Of a stretch of DNA of 64,000 nucleotides, positions 17,165 through 26,318 are shown piece after piece. Positions within the stretch are counted from its first letter, which is position 1, and each line of letters starts with the position of its first letter. The position numbers were made by a program, and so were the translations under genes. This DNA comes from Minisyncoccia bacterium (GTDB taxonomy: Bacteria; Patescibacteriota; Minisyncoccia; Phycocordibacterales; UBA918), in NCBI GenBank assembly GCA_041750655.1, contig JBGSYZ010000015.1, positions 7,119 through 71,118 of the forward strand, given 5' to 3'. A model generated the notes under the pieces. That model was not told the origin of the DNA. It saw only the letters and a program-made list of their open reading frames with translations, and did no database searches.

Positions 17165-18478
17165 ATGAAAATTGAACACATTAAAAAACGTGATGGCTCT
17201 ACTCAGCCTTTTGATGTAGACAAAATCACCAGTGCTGTCCTGAAAGCCTTCAATGAAACTGGCGAAGGTAGTGCGGCGGAAGCCAAAAAAGTGGCTGAAA
17301 AGGTTCATGAAAAAACTATTGCCATGTGTGTACAAGCTGGCACAGCTGACACTGAAGACCCACTATCGCTGAAATGCATCGATGGCAATCCGACCGTAGA
17401 AGAAATTCAAGACCTGGTGGAGCAAGCATTGATGGAGCTCGATTACTTTGAAACCGCCAAGGCGTACATTATTTATCGTAGTGCTCGCAAAAAACTTCGG
17501 GAGCGTGATATTTTTACCAAACGCACAACCCTCAAACCTTACGAGTATCCCGAATTAGTGGAATATGTTGATGCTATTCGTCACTCGTATTGGGTACACA
17601 CCGAATTCAATTTCACTGGTGACATTGATGATTTTAAGGTGAAGGTAAACCAAGCAGAACGAAACGCTATCAAAAAGACTATGCTGGCTATTGCTCAGAT
17701 TGAAGTTGCAGTAAAAACTTTTTGGGGCAATATTTACAATAAAATGCCCAAGCCAGAGATCGGTGCGGTGGGAGCCACTTTTGCTGAAAGTGAGGTACGC
17801 CATATGGACGCCTACTCACACCTACTTGAGGTACTTGGGCTTAATGATGAATTTAAAACGCTCACTCACGAACCAGTGATTCAAAAACGCATCGCCTATT
17901 TGGATAAGACCATTAATTTAAGCAAAACCAACGACAACCGAGAATACTCACAAGCGGTGTTGCTTTTCTCACTCTTCATCGAACACGTGTCTTTGTTCTC
18001 ACAGTTCCTTATTATGATGAGTTTCAATAAGCACAAAAATCTCTTCAAGGGTATAAGTAACGCAGTAGAAGCTACCTCTAAAGAGGAACAAATTCACGGT
18101 ATGTTCGGGACTGATGTCATTAACATCGTCAAAAAAGAGCATCCAGAATGGTTTGACGATTCTCATCGTGAGACTGTTCGCACTATGTGCATTGAAGCGT
18201 ACCAAGCTGAAGATTCAATTATCGATTGGATTTTTGCTGATGGCGAACTTGAGTTTATGCCGAAAGCCGAAATTAAAGAATTTATCAAAGAGCGACTCAA
18301 CCGCTCACTTGAGGGTATTGGTATGTCAAAAGTGTTCACCGTAGATGAAGCACTGCTCGAAAAGACCGACTGGTTTGATGACGAAGTAATCGCTACCAAG
18401 CACGTCGACTTTTTTGACAAACGTTCAATTAATTACAACAAACGACAACAGAGCGTAACCAGCGCTGACCTTTTCTAA
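17165..18478 (+). CDS. nrdB: class I ribonucleotide reductase beta subunit (ferritin-like R2) with N-terminal ATP-cone
   Basis: ATP-cone pattern (MKIEHIKKRDGSTQPFDVDKITSAVLKA) followed by R2 di-iron motifs (FAESEVRHMDAYSH; LFIEHVSLFSQF). ORF track starts at 17111; the preferred start is M17165. Confidence 0.8.
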   Translation: MKIEHIKKRDGSTQPFDVDKITSAVLKAFNETGEGSAAEAKKVAEKVHEKTIAMCVQAGTADTEDPLSLKCIDGNPTVEEIQDLVEQALMELDYFETAKAYIIYRSARKKLRERDIFTKRTTLKPYEYPELVEYVDAIRHSYWVHTEFNFTGDIDDFKVKVNQAERNAIKKTMLAIAQIEVAVKTFWGNIYNKMPKPEIGAVGATFAESEVRHMDAYSHLLEVLGLNDEFKTLTHEPVIQKRIAYLDKTINLSKTNDNREYSQAVLLFSLFIEHVSLFSQFLIMMSFNKHKNLFKGISNAVEATSKEEQIHGMFGTDVINIVKKEHPEWFDDSHRETVRTMCIEAYQAEDSIIDWIFADGELEFMPKAEIKEFIKERLNRSLEGIGMSKVFTVDEALLEKTDWFDDEVIATKHVDFFDKRSINYNKRQQSVTSADLF

Positions 18479-18507
18479 ATCTTAATTAACCACTTACTGT
18501 ACAACGT

Positions 18508-20208
18508 ATGAAAAACCGAACTGAACCCTGGTACTGGATCAACGACAACACTCGAGCATTTATGGCGCGTGGTTATTTGGTTGATGGTCAAACCACTGAA
18601 GAGCGGGTGAAATATATTGCCGAGTATGCTGAAAAGGTGCTCAAGAAAGAAGGGTTTGCCAAAAAGTTTGAGGAGTACATGGCTAAGGGTTGGATTTCGC
18701 TCGCTACGCCAGTATGGACCAACTTTGGTCTCAAACGCGGTCTACCCATTAGTTGTTTTGGTTCATACCTTGCTGACGATATGGCCAGTATTTTACATAC
18801 GCAAGCAGAGGTGGGGATGATGAGTAAGTATGGTGGTGGCTGTAGTGCTTATTTTGGGGCGTTACGTGAACGCGGATCAGACATTACTCACAACGGTACC
18901 TCAAGCGGTCCAGTGCACTTCATGCAGTTGTTTGAAAAAATTCTTGACGTGGTTTCTCAAGGCGCTACCCGCCGCGGCACTTTTGCTGCGTACTTACCGA
19001 TTGAGCACCCAGATGCTCTTGAGTTTCTCGATATTGGTACTGAAGGTAATCCAATTCAAAAAATTAATCACGCTATTACGGTTACCAATGAATGGTTGCA
19101 GGCGATGGTTGATGGTGATGAGGAGAAGCGGGCAATTTGGGCTAAGGTACTACAACGCCGGGGTGAGATTGGGTATCCGTACATCATGTTTATCGATAAT
19201 GCCAATGATCAGCGACCCCAGGTATATAAAGACAAAAAATTGCCGATTTTCGCCAGTAATGTGTGTAGTGAAATCATGCTTCCAAGCAAGCCTGATTGGT
19301 CGTTTGTATGTTGTCTCTCATCAATTAACTTGATGCACTACGATGAGTGGAAGGATACTGATTTGGTAGAAACCATGATTTATCTGCTTGATGCTGTTAT
19401 GACTGACTTCCTCGAGAAGCTGGAAGCGATGCGTGACTCAGATGATCCGGATAAGCAGTTGGCTTTCAGATTTATGGAGCGTCCGTATAATTTTGCGAAA
19501 GCTAACCGTGCGCTTGGTCTCGGCACTCTCGGTTATCATTCGCTCTTTCAATCAAAAAATATACCGTTTGAAAGTGAGGAAGCGGCTAGACTTAACGAAG
19601 AGATTTTTAAACTAATTCGTGAACGAGCTGATACAGCCTCAGAAGAAATGGCTACAGAGTATGGCGAACCAGAAATTCTTACCGGCTACGGTCGTCGTCA
19701 CACCACTACTATGGCTGTGGCTCCGAATACCTCTTCGGCGTTTATCCTCGGTCAGGTATCACAAGGTATCGAACCAGTCTGGAGCAACTGTTATGTAAAA
19801 GATGTAGCCAAGTTGAAGGTGACTATTAAAAATCCATTTTTGGAAATGTTGCTCGAGGAAAAAGGTAAAAATGATAAAGCCACCTGGAATAGTATTCGCG
19901 ACAATGATGGTTCAGTTCAGCACCTGAGCTTCCTCACTGATGAAGAAAAATCTGTGTATAGAACGTTCGCCGAAATTGACCAATCAGTTATTATTGAACA
20001 AGCGGCTGTACGACAGAAATACATTGACCAAGGTCAATCACTGAACGTAATGGTACCACCAACGACGTCGCCGAAAGACATCAACAAACTGTACATGCAA
20101 GCCTGGCAAAACGGCATAAAAGCCCTCTACTACCAGCACAGCATGAACGCCGCCCAAGCCATGACCAGAAAGAAACTAGCCGAAGCAGTGGCTCGTAAAG
20201 CGGAGTAG
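18508..20208 (+). CDS. nrdA: ribonucleotide reductase alpha (catalytic) subunit, short form without ATP-cone
   Basis: Catalytic ASNVCSEIMLP (N-C-E) motif and C-terminal YYQHS tail; directly downstream of nrdB. Confidence 0.85.
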   Translation: MKNRTEPWYWINDNTRAFMARGYLVDGQTTEERVKYIAEYAEKVLKKEGFAKKFEEYMAKGWISLATPVWTNFGLKRGLPISCFGSYLADDMASILHTQAEVGMMSKYGGGCSAYFGALRERGSDITHNGTSSGPVHFMQLFEKILDVVSQGATRRGTFAAYLPIEHPDALEFLDIGTEGNPIQKINHAITVTNEWLQAMVDGDEEKRAIWAKVLQRRGEIGYPYIMFIDNANDQRPQVYKDKKLPIFASNVCSEIMLPSKPDWSFVCCLSSINLMHYDEWKDTDLVETMIYLLDAVMTDFLEKLEAMRDSDDPDKQLAFRFMERPYNFAKANRALGLGTLGYHSLFQSKNIPFESEEAARLNEEIFKLIRERADTASEEMATEYGEPEILTGYGRRHTTTMAVAPNTSSAFILGQVSQGIEPVWSNCYVKDVAKLKVTIKNPFLEMLLEEKGKNDKATWNSIRDNDGSVQHLSFLTDEEKSVYRTFAEIDQSVIIEQAAVRQKYIDQGQSLNVMVPPTTSPKDINKLYMQAWQNGIKALYYQHSMNAAQAMTRKKLAEAVARKAE

Positions 20209-20220
20209 TATAGGTAAAGA

Positions 20221-20280
20221 AAACCCCTGGCGTGGTTGCATCTCGCGATGATGCAACCCGGCCAGGGGTTTTCTTTTTTT
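20221..20280 (+). terminator. terminator after nrdA (long hairpin)
   Basis: aaacccctggc...gccaggggttt hairpin followed by T8. Confidence 0.8.
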
Positions 20281-20284
20281 TATT

Positions 20285-20318
20285 AAAAAGCCGCGGGCTG
20301 TAGGCCCGCGGCGGCTTC
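20285..20318 (-). terminator. terminator for the minus-strand gene 20322-20681
   Basis: gccgcgggc-tgtag-gcccgcggc, with a T-run on the minus strand. Confidence 0.7.
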
Positions 20319-20321
20319 GTA

Positions 20322-20681
20322 CTAGATGAAAAACGGCGCGTAAAGTTCCTTCGGGATAAAAAACTTGTAGGCACCACTCAAAACTCCGTAATTTGTAATG
20401 TTGGTGTTTATTTCGGAGATGTCATCTAACCCAATGTCACGCTCATTGAGCTTGTGCACCAAATCAAAAAACGAGTCGGCCAGCACCTTTTCCTGCATAG
20501 AAGAACCCTTCTTCCTTTTAAGAACGGCGACAAACTTACAATCCCTCTTACCAGATAGCACTTGTTCGTACATCTTTATGAGTGTGCGGAGCTGCCAAGC
20601 GTTAGAAGGGTCGAGCTTCGGCACCTTTTCCTTAAGCACTTGGAGCTGAAGTCGAATGTAATCTATTAGCCAAGGTTCCAT
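20322..20681 (-). CDS. hypothetical protein
   Basis: 119-aa ORF bracketed by a terminator; no recognised domain. Confidence 0.4.
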   Translation of the reverse strand: MEPWLIDYIRLQLQVLKEKVPKLDPSNAWQLRTLIKMYEQVLSGKRDCKFVAVLKRKKGSSMQEKVLADSFFDLVHKLNERDIGLDDISEINTNITNYGVLSGAYKFFIPKELYAPFFI

Positions 20682-20811
20682 CTTCTTCTCCAGTAATTGC
20701 CTTACCTGAAGCCCAGACTATGGCGTAAGTCACAATGTGTCAATAAAAGCATGGTCGCGAGCCGAAGGCTCGCGACCATGCTTTTTTCTGGGATTTTGTT
20801 ATGCTTGATAG

Positions 20812-21729
20812 ATGAGCAAATCACTCATAAATCTATTTATCATCACGCTTTTGTTTGGCGGAAGTTATTTTTGGTATGAAGCCAGAGCCGTGTGTCCGAT
20901 ACCACTTAACTATAGGCTCGGAGTAGTGGACGAGCACTTTGGTTTGAGTGAAGAAGAGGCTCGAGCGGTAATTAGCGAAGCGGAATCTTTGTGGGAAGAT
21001 GCTACTGGCTTAAACCTCTTTACCCAGGCCGATGATGCTCGTTTAGCTATTAATTTTGTTTTTGATGAACGGCAACAATTTACCAACGCTGAGGAAGCTC
21101 TAAGTCACGAACTAGAAGTAGCTAGAGAGGTAAATGAAGAAATAGAAACGCAGTACGCACAACTGGTTGGTGAATATAGTGATTTAAATCAAAATTATGA
21201 AACCAGAAAAGCAAATTATGAACGTTCGCTCAGTAGCTACAATCAAGAAGTTGAGAGTTGGAATCAGAAAGGGGGTGCACCACAAGATGTGTACGATGAG
21301 CTAAACCAGAAGAAACAGTCGCTTGATAGTGAGCAAGAAAAATTAAATGATCTCAGAAGTGATTTGCAAGACTTGGTAAACCAGATTAACAAACTAACTG
21401 AAACCGCCAATGAAGTAGTTACCAAATACAATCAAGGAGTGGCTACCTATAACGATGCGTTTTCAGAAACTACCGAATTTACCCAAGGTGACTATCAGGG
21501 TGATAAGATAAATATTTATCAATTTAAAAGTCATGATGAGTTGGTGCTGGTGTTGGCCCACGAACTTGGTCACGCGTTAGGTATGGATCATGTTGATAAT
21601 CCTCAGTCAATTATGTATATGCAAATGGGAGAACAGTCTCTTGGTACCGGTTTGACGACTGAAGATTTGACTGATTTTCGAATGGTTTGTGGTGACGGAA
21701 CGACCCTCTCCAAGATTAAATTCTGGTGA
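20812..21729 (+). CDS. membrane-anchored metzincin/matrixin-like zinc metalloprotease
   Basis: HELGHALGMDH (HExxHxxGxxH) near the C-terminus, an N-terminal TM, and a central coiled-coil region. Confidence 0.7.
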   Translation: MSKSLINLFIITLLFGGSYFWYEARAVCPIPLNYRLGVVDEHFGLSEEEARAVISEAESLWEDATGLNLFTQADDARLAINFVFDERQQFTNAEEALSHELEVAREVNEEIETQYAQLVGEYSDLNQNYETRKANYERSLSSYNQEVESWNQKGGAPQDVYDELNQKKQSLDSEQEKLNDLRSDLQDLVNQINKLTETANEVVTKYNQGVATYNDAFSETTEFTQGDYQGDKINIYQFKSHDELVLVLAHELGHALGMDHVDNPQSIMYMQMGEQSLGTGLTTEDLTDFRMVCGDGTTLSKIKFW

Positions 21730-21756
21730 TATAATTAATACATTAATAAAAAATAT

Positions 21757-22554
21757 ATGGAAAATACAACCCTTTTAAATTCAAAAAATATTCGATTATT
21801 GGTAATGCTACTACTAGCGAGTGCCACTATTGCGCTTTTGGTATACGCTAATGCCACCTACCGAATGTCAAGAAACCAATTTGGTCCTATTACAATCAAT
21901 GTACAAGGTGAAGGTGAGGTTTTAGCTAAACCAGACATTGGCAGTTTTTCTTTTAGTGTTCGGGCTGAAGGAAAAGATGCAGCTGAGGCCCAAGAGAAGT
22001 CAGCTGAGACCAACAATGCCATCATTGCGTATTTACAGGAGCAAGGGGTGGAAGATAAAGACATAAAGACTCAGTACTACAATCTTAATCCAAAATATCG
22101 CTACGAAGAACGTGTTTGCCCATTTGGTAGTTACTGTCCACCAAGTGAACCGATCATTGATGGTTACGAAGTTAGTCAGAATGTTACGGTAAAAGTTCGT
22201 GATTTGGACAAATCTGGTGATTTGATAACTGGTGTGGGCGAGAAGGGAGCTTCTGATATTTCTGGGTTGTCATTCACTATTGATGACACTGACGCTTTAG
22301 AAGCCCAAGCCCGAGAAATGGCTATTGCTGATGCTAAGGAAAAAGCTAAAAAGTTGGCTAAGGACTTGGATTCTAGATTAGTTAAAATGATTAGTTTTTA
22401 CGAAGAACAAGGTGGGTATCCTATGCCGTACGGTTATGGTGGAGCAATGATGGATAAGGCGGTAGCTATGGAATCAGCACCAGTTTCTCCTGAATTACCA
22501 ACCGGCGAAAACACTATTCGCAAAGTGGTAAATGTTACCTACGAGATTCGGTAA
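21757..22554 (+). CDS. SIMPL/DUF541-domain protein (YggE-like), membrane anchored
   Basis: Pattern (ITINVQGEGEV...PDIGSFSFSV...YEVSQNVTVKVRD) is typical of SIMPL / 26 kDa periplasmic immunogenic protein. Confidence 0.7.
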   Translation: MENTTLLNSKNIRLLVMLLLASATIALLVYANATYRMSRNQFGPITINVQGEGEVLAKPDIGSFSFSVRAEGKDAAEAQEKSAETNNAIIAYLQEQGVEDKDIKTQYYNLNPKYRYEERVCPFGSYCPPSEPIIDGYEVSQNVTVKVRDLDKSGDLITGVGEKGASDISGLSFTIDDTDALEAQAREMAIADAKEKAKKLAKDLDSRLVKMISFYEEQGGYPMPYGYGGAMMDKAVAMESAPVSPELPTGENTIRKVVNVTYEIR

Positions 22555-22571
22555 ATAAACTGACAAAAAGT

Positions 22572-22602
22572 AAAGAGGGGCACCTCTGGTGCCCCTCTTT
22601 AC
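22572..22602 (+). terminator. rho-independent terminator
   Basis: aaagaggggcacc-tct-ggtgcccctcttt. Confidence 0.8.
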
Positions 22603-22637
22603 TTTTAAATTATTCTTGGTATAAAACATTCAGAGAT

Positions 22638-22886
22638 ATGGAGGAGACTATGGGAAATCGACCAACCCTCACGTTGAATAACTTCGCCGATTTAGCAACG
22701 GTGAAAGGGCAAATGACACCAACTCCTGTTGTAAAAGCCAGTGCTGGCCTATTGATGCAACGAGGAACAAGGCAAGGGATGAAGACAGATTTTCTGGGAG
22801 AGTATCGCTGGCATAAACTTTCCGATAGTTTGGGAGAATCGCTTATGCCAATAGATACTATTGGCTCATATCCGGTGTATGGATGA
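22638..22886 (+). CDS. hypothetical protein
   Basis: GGAGG RBS; followed by the gccggctgc/gcagccggc terminator at 22888-22920. Confidence 0.35.
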   Translation: MEETMGNRPTLTLNNFADLATVKGQMTPTPVVKASAGLLMQRGTRQGMKTDFLGEYRWHKLSDSLGESLMPIDTIGSYPVYG

Positions 22887-23012
22887 ACCTCGGCCGGCTG
22901 CATGCGCAGCCGGCCTTTGACATTTAACAAATGAAGAGTATTATACAAGAACATAAACAACCGCCCAGAAGGGCGTTTTTTTAGAGGAAAAAGTACAATT
23001 AACTACATCAAT

Positions 23013-23201
23013 ATGAACCGACTTATAAACTACATCAAAGATACTCAAGCCGAGATGGCTCACGTATCATGGCCAACTCGCAAGCAGGCGGTTATTTATA
23101 CTGCTCTCGTGGTGGCTATTGCCGGGGTGACATCATTGTTTACTTCTGGTTTCGATTTTTTATTCTCAGAACTACTCAATCTATTTATTTCTAACTACTA
23201 A
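23013..23201 (+). CDS. secE: preprotein translocase subunit SecE
   Basis: 62 aa with SecE C-terminal TM pattern (AEMAHVSWPTRKQAVIYTALVV); immediately precedes nusG. Confidence 0.8.
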   Translation: MNRLINYIKDTQAEMAHVSWPTRKQAVIYTALVVAIAGVTSLFTSGFDFLFSELLNLFISNY

Positions 23202-23205
23202 TCCT

Positions 23206-23751
23206 ATGGCTAAACAAGAAAGTAGCGGCGAACGACACTGGTACGCCATTCATACCTATGCTGGGTATGAGAACGCTGTGATGCGTAACCTCAAACAGCG
23301 AATTGATTCGATGGAAATGGCCGGGAAGATTTTTGATGTAGTGGTCCCGACTGAAAAGAAAATTCGCGTCAAAGGTGGCAAGCGAGTGACTGAAGAAGAA
23401 CGAGTCTATCCGGGGTATGTACTCGTGGATATGATTGTAGATGAAGAGTCGTGGTTTATTGTACGAAACACTCCGCGAGTAACTGGTTTCGTTGGTTCAG
23501 GTACTCAGCCGGTACCATTGACTGATGACGAGCTCAAAAGTCTCTTTAAGCGTATGGAAGATGATTCACCAAAGCACAAAGTCGATTTATCGATTGACGA
23601 CTTGATTATTATCAACGACGGTCCGTTTAAAGACCTGGAAGGTAAAGTCGGGGAGATTGATGAAGAGCGTGGAAAGGTGAAGGTTCTGGTGAGTATGTTT
23701 GGGCGGGAGACCCCGGTAGAACTGGACTTCCTCCAGGTTAAAAAGGCTTAA
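23206..23751 (+). CDS. nusG: transcription termination/antitermination factor NusG
   Basis: NGN domain (WYAIHTYAGYENAV) and C-terminal KOW motif (GKVGEIDEERGKVKVLVSMFGRETPVEL). Confidence 0.9.
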   Translation: MAKQESSGERHWYAIHTYAGYENAVMRNLKQRIDSMEMAGKIFDVVVPTEKKIRVKGGKRVTEEERVYPGYVLVDMIVDEESWFIVRNTPRVTGFVGSGTQPVPLTDDELKSLFKRMEDDSPKHKVDLSIDDLIIINDGPFKDLEGKVGEIDEERGKVKVLVSMFGRETPVELDFLQVKKA

Positions 23752-23778
23752 ATTGGCGAATAGCTTTGTCGTTACGGT

Positions 23779-23822
23779 AAAAGGCCGGCTCCCTGGACAG
23801 TTGTCCCGGTCGCCGGCCTTTT
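23779..23822 (+). terminator. terminator after nusG
   Basis: aaaaggccggc...gccggcctttt. Confidence 0.75.
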
Positions 23823-23985
23823 ACCTAGACTCAGCGCTCTTCATCCAATTTAAGCCTTTCTAGAAAAGATAGATAAAACAAAACCTCCAGTTAACTAGAG
23901 GTTTTGTTTTGTGATCGCTATTATTCATTGGTGAATTTGACAAAACAATTATTAATCTATTAGATAAGTGTCAGGAGGATTAGAA

Positions 23986-24210
23986 ATGAGTTTGAAAGAT
24001 GCTCAAGTAAAAACGAGAATGTTGGCTGGTCAATCGTTAAAAGATTGGCGTAGCAAAGCAAATCTTACCCAAATTCAGCTTGCGGGAAAAATGAGTACGA
24101 CACAAAAACAGATTTCTCGCGCTGAATCAGGCAGGGCAAACCTCACGATTGATTTCATTTCAGGGTGGGCCTATAATTGCGGTCATAAGTTTGAGTTCCC
24201 AAAATTTTGA
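23986..24210 (+). CDS. XRE-family (Cro/C1-type) HTH DNA-binding protein
   Basis: LKDWRSKANLTQIQLAGKMSTTQKQISRAESGR helix-turn-helix; AGGAGG RBS 8 nt before the ATG at 23986. Confidence 0.6.
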   Translation: MSLKDAQVKTRMLAGQSLKDWRSKANLTQIQLAGKMSTTQKQISRAESGRANLTIDFISGWAYNCGHKFEFPKF

Positions 24211-24287
24211 GTAGATTACTAAACCGGCTGCGAAGCCGGTTCTTCTCTTGCCAAAAGGCAAGATTTTAGGTACTATCTGCCCACTGA

Positions 24288-24386
24288 AACGAGTGAGGCG
24301 CGATGTCTTACAGACACTGTACACCTTTTGGATACTCTGTATCTCAAAAGGTTTTGCGGAAGTCTCCCAGACTTCCTCACTCGTTC
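24288..24386 (+). promoter_or_regulatory. structured 5' leader upstream of rplK
   Basis: A 12-bp long-range stem (aaacgagtgagg / cctcactcgtt) encloses two local hairpins (ccttttgg...caaaagg and ggaagtct-ccc-agacttcc). Confidence 0.3.
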
Positions 24387-24490
24387 ACTAGACTGTTACG
24401 CTCGCTGGGTTCGGTCGCTTCAACCAAATCGACCCAGCAAATTAGCTACTAAAAGCTAATCGCTAATAACTAACGACTAAAAAAAACAAC

Positions 24491-24913
24491 ATGGCTAAAA
24501 AATTAGTAAAAAAGATTAAGGTACAGGCCAAAGGTGGTCAGGCAACACCCGCTCCACCATTAGGTCCGGTACTCGGACAGGCTGGTATTCAAATTGGTGA
24601 GTTTGTAAACCAATTCAATGAACAAACTCGTGACCGCATGGGTGAAGTCGTACCGACTATCATCAACGTATACGACGATCGAAGTTTTACCTTTGAATGT
24701 AAGACGACCCCCGCTTCACGGATGATTCTTAAAGCGATTGGTAAGCCAAAGGGTTCAAGTAAGAACTTGGTTTCAAAAGCTGGTGAAATCACCAAAGCGC
24801 AAATCCGTGAAATTGCCCTCGCTAAAATGGTAGACCTCAACGCTGCTTCACCAGAAGCGGCTGACAAAATCATCGAAGGTACCTGTAAATCAATGGGGGT
24901 GAAGGTTATTTAG
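24491..24913 (+). CDS. rplK: ribosomal protein L11
   Basis: PLGPVLGQAGIQIGEFVNQFN and NVYDDRSFTF match L11 along the full length. Confidence 0.95.
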   Translation: MAKKLVKKIKVQAKGGQATPAPPLGPVLGQAGIQIGEFVNQFNEQTRDRMGEVVPTIINVYDDRSFTFECKTTPASRMILKAIGKPKGSSKNLVSKAGEITKAQIREIALAKMVDLNAASPEAADKIIEGTCKSMGVKVI

Positions 24914-24954
24914 ACGACCTTAACAGACCTTGTAAAGGATTAAAGTGGTCTAAA

Positions 24955-25002
24955 CCATATAAAAATAGCCAGATTCGTCAGAATCTGGCTATTTTTATAT
25001 GG
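24955..25002 (+). terminator. very strong hairpin terminator after rplK
   Basis: 22-bp perfect stem ccatataaaaatagccagattc-gtca-gaatctggctatttttatatgg. Confidence 0.8.
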
Positions 25003-25190
25003 TTTTGTATAAACAAACAAGCAAACACACCAGTGCGTGTTTGCTTATACAGGTTTCGCTCGTTCGAAAATAAAAATGCTGATGCGCTTTTATTTTGCTC
25101 GCATCGCTCGCCTGTAAGTATTTACTACTTGCTCCGTCTAAAAGGGTAGATTGTATAACGTAGCCCCAATCCCAGAGTGAGGAACCCCCG

Positions 25191-25664
25191 ATGCCTATAA
25201 AATATCTGCGTCTCATCGCCAACAAAGTTGCACCACGGAGTGACTTTCTGACACTTCTGGTGTGTGTGGAGAAAAAATGGTTTTTGGTTTCGAAGCAACT
25301 CTTTGTGGAGCAGACACGGCTTCAACGATCCTTTCGACATGATCGACTGGAACACGGTGAAAATTCTGTGACTGCCGCTCGAAGAGTTATTTCGATGTTT
25401 TTTGGGGGGTGTGGCCCTGGTCATATCGTTCCAGGTCAATGCAAAGATTTCAGAGGCGCCGCCCCCAAACGGCTGCATTGGCCCGCAGCGATTGAGTTGT
25501 CGGTAACAATGGCAGCTATGCCACTTGAAATCAAAAAACACCTTCAACCCTTGGACCGAAAACCAAACAATCGCATAGAGCAAACGCTCCAGCTGATGAT
25601 AAAAAAAACCTTTGAGCCTCGGCTCAAAAACCTCAGACAGGTAGCGGCTACCGAGGCTGCGTGA
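25191..25664 (+). CDS. doubtful ORF (hypothetical) in a locus lacking rplA
   Basis: 157-aa ORF with atypical composition and no RBS; ends at terminator 25683-25715; an antisense ORF of similar length exists. This may be non-coding. Confidence 0.15.
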   Translation: MPIKYLRLIANKVAPRSDFLTLLVCVEKKWFLVSKQLFVEQTRLQRSFRHDRLEHGENSVTAARRVISMFFGGCGPGHIVPGQCKDFRGAAPKRLHWPAAIELSVTMAAMPLEIKKHLQPLDRKPNNRIEQTLQLMIKKTFEPRLKNLRQVAATEAA

Positions 25665-25682
25665 TTACCCGATGCTCATTAC

Positions 25683-25715
25683 TAAAGGGCCGACTTCAAC
25701 GTCGGTCCTTTATTA
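25683..25715 (+). terminator. rho-independent terminator
   Basis: aaagggccgac-ttcaac-gtcggtccttt followed by a T-rich run. Confidence 0.7.
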
Positions 25716-25795
25716 TTTTGTGTTATTTGTAGTGTAAGAAAAGTGTTCATTATCCGTCATGGACGGCGGAAGGGTGCAAAAAAAAAGATAATTCA

Positions 25796-26173
25796 ATGAA
25801 AAAACGCACCATTGTGTTCGTTAGGTCACAAGTAACCGGTCGAGTAGCCCTTGTTAACCCCACATCTGTTTTGATGGGGACAGACAAAGTGCCAGTTGTC
25901 GAAAATTTGAACAAAGATGTTGAGTTCAGACCTGTTGAATTTGACGGCTCTGATCAGATTATCGAAGGTGTCAGAAGAACTTTTTGGGTGGTGGATATTC
26001 CACGAGAAGATTTCCGCCGACTATTGGCCCACAAAAAGTCAGTGGAGTGGGTGGGTTCATTTTCAGTGGATCGACACCAAAAAGAGGGTCCGCTGAAAGA
26101 GCTTCTGACCAAAGCTTTTCTGCATTTGCCCAAGCTAAGTGCAGTCAAACAATCAAAAGAAAACGCTGCTTAG
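25796..26173 (+). CDS. hypothetical protein
   Basis: 125-aa ORF followed by terminator aaagggccggctc/gagccggccctt at 26192-26230. Confidence 0.4.
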   Translation: MKKRTIVFVRSQVTGRVALVNPTSVLMGTDKVPVVENLNKDVEFRPVEFDGSDQIIEGVRRTFWVVDIPREDFRRLLAHKKSVEWVGSFSVDRHQKEGPLKELLTKAFLHLPKLSAVKQSKENAA

Positions 26174-26318
26174 CAGCACACAGCTCTTTCAAAGGGCCGG
26201 CTCGTTAGAGCCGGCCCTTAATTTTTAATATTACACAACGCATTTTTTCAATCGCGTTCTTGTTTTTTAAAATAATTTACGGTTAACTAGGCATAGCTAG
26301 TTCAAAAAGGAGGTCATC

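Noticed and set aside
25125-25583. 152-aa minus-strand ORF in the rplA-less region.
   Set aside because: No RBS, Cys/His/Arg-rich random-looking composition, overlaps an equally dubious plus-strand ORF. The region is treated as possibly non-coding.
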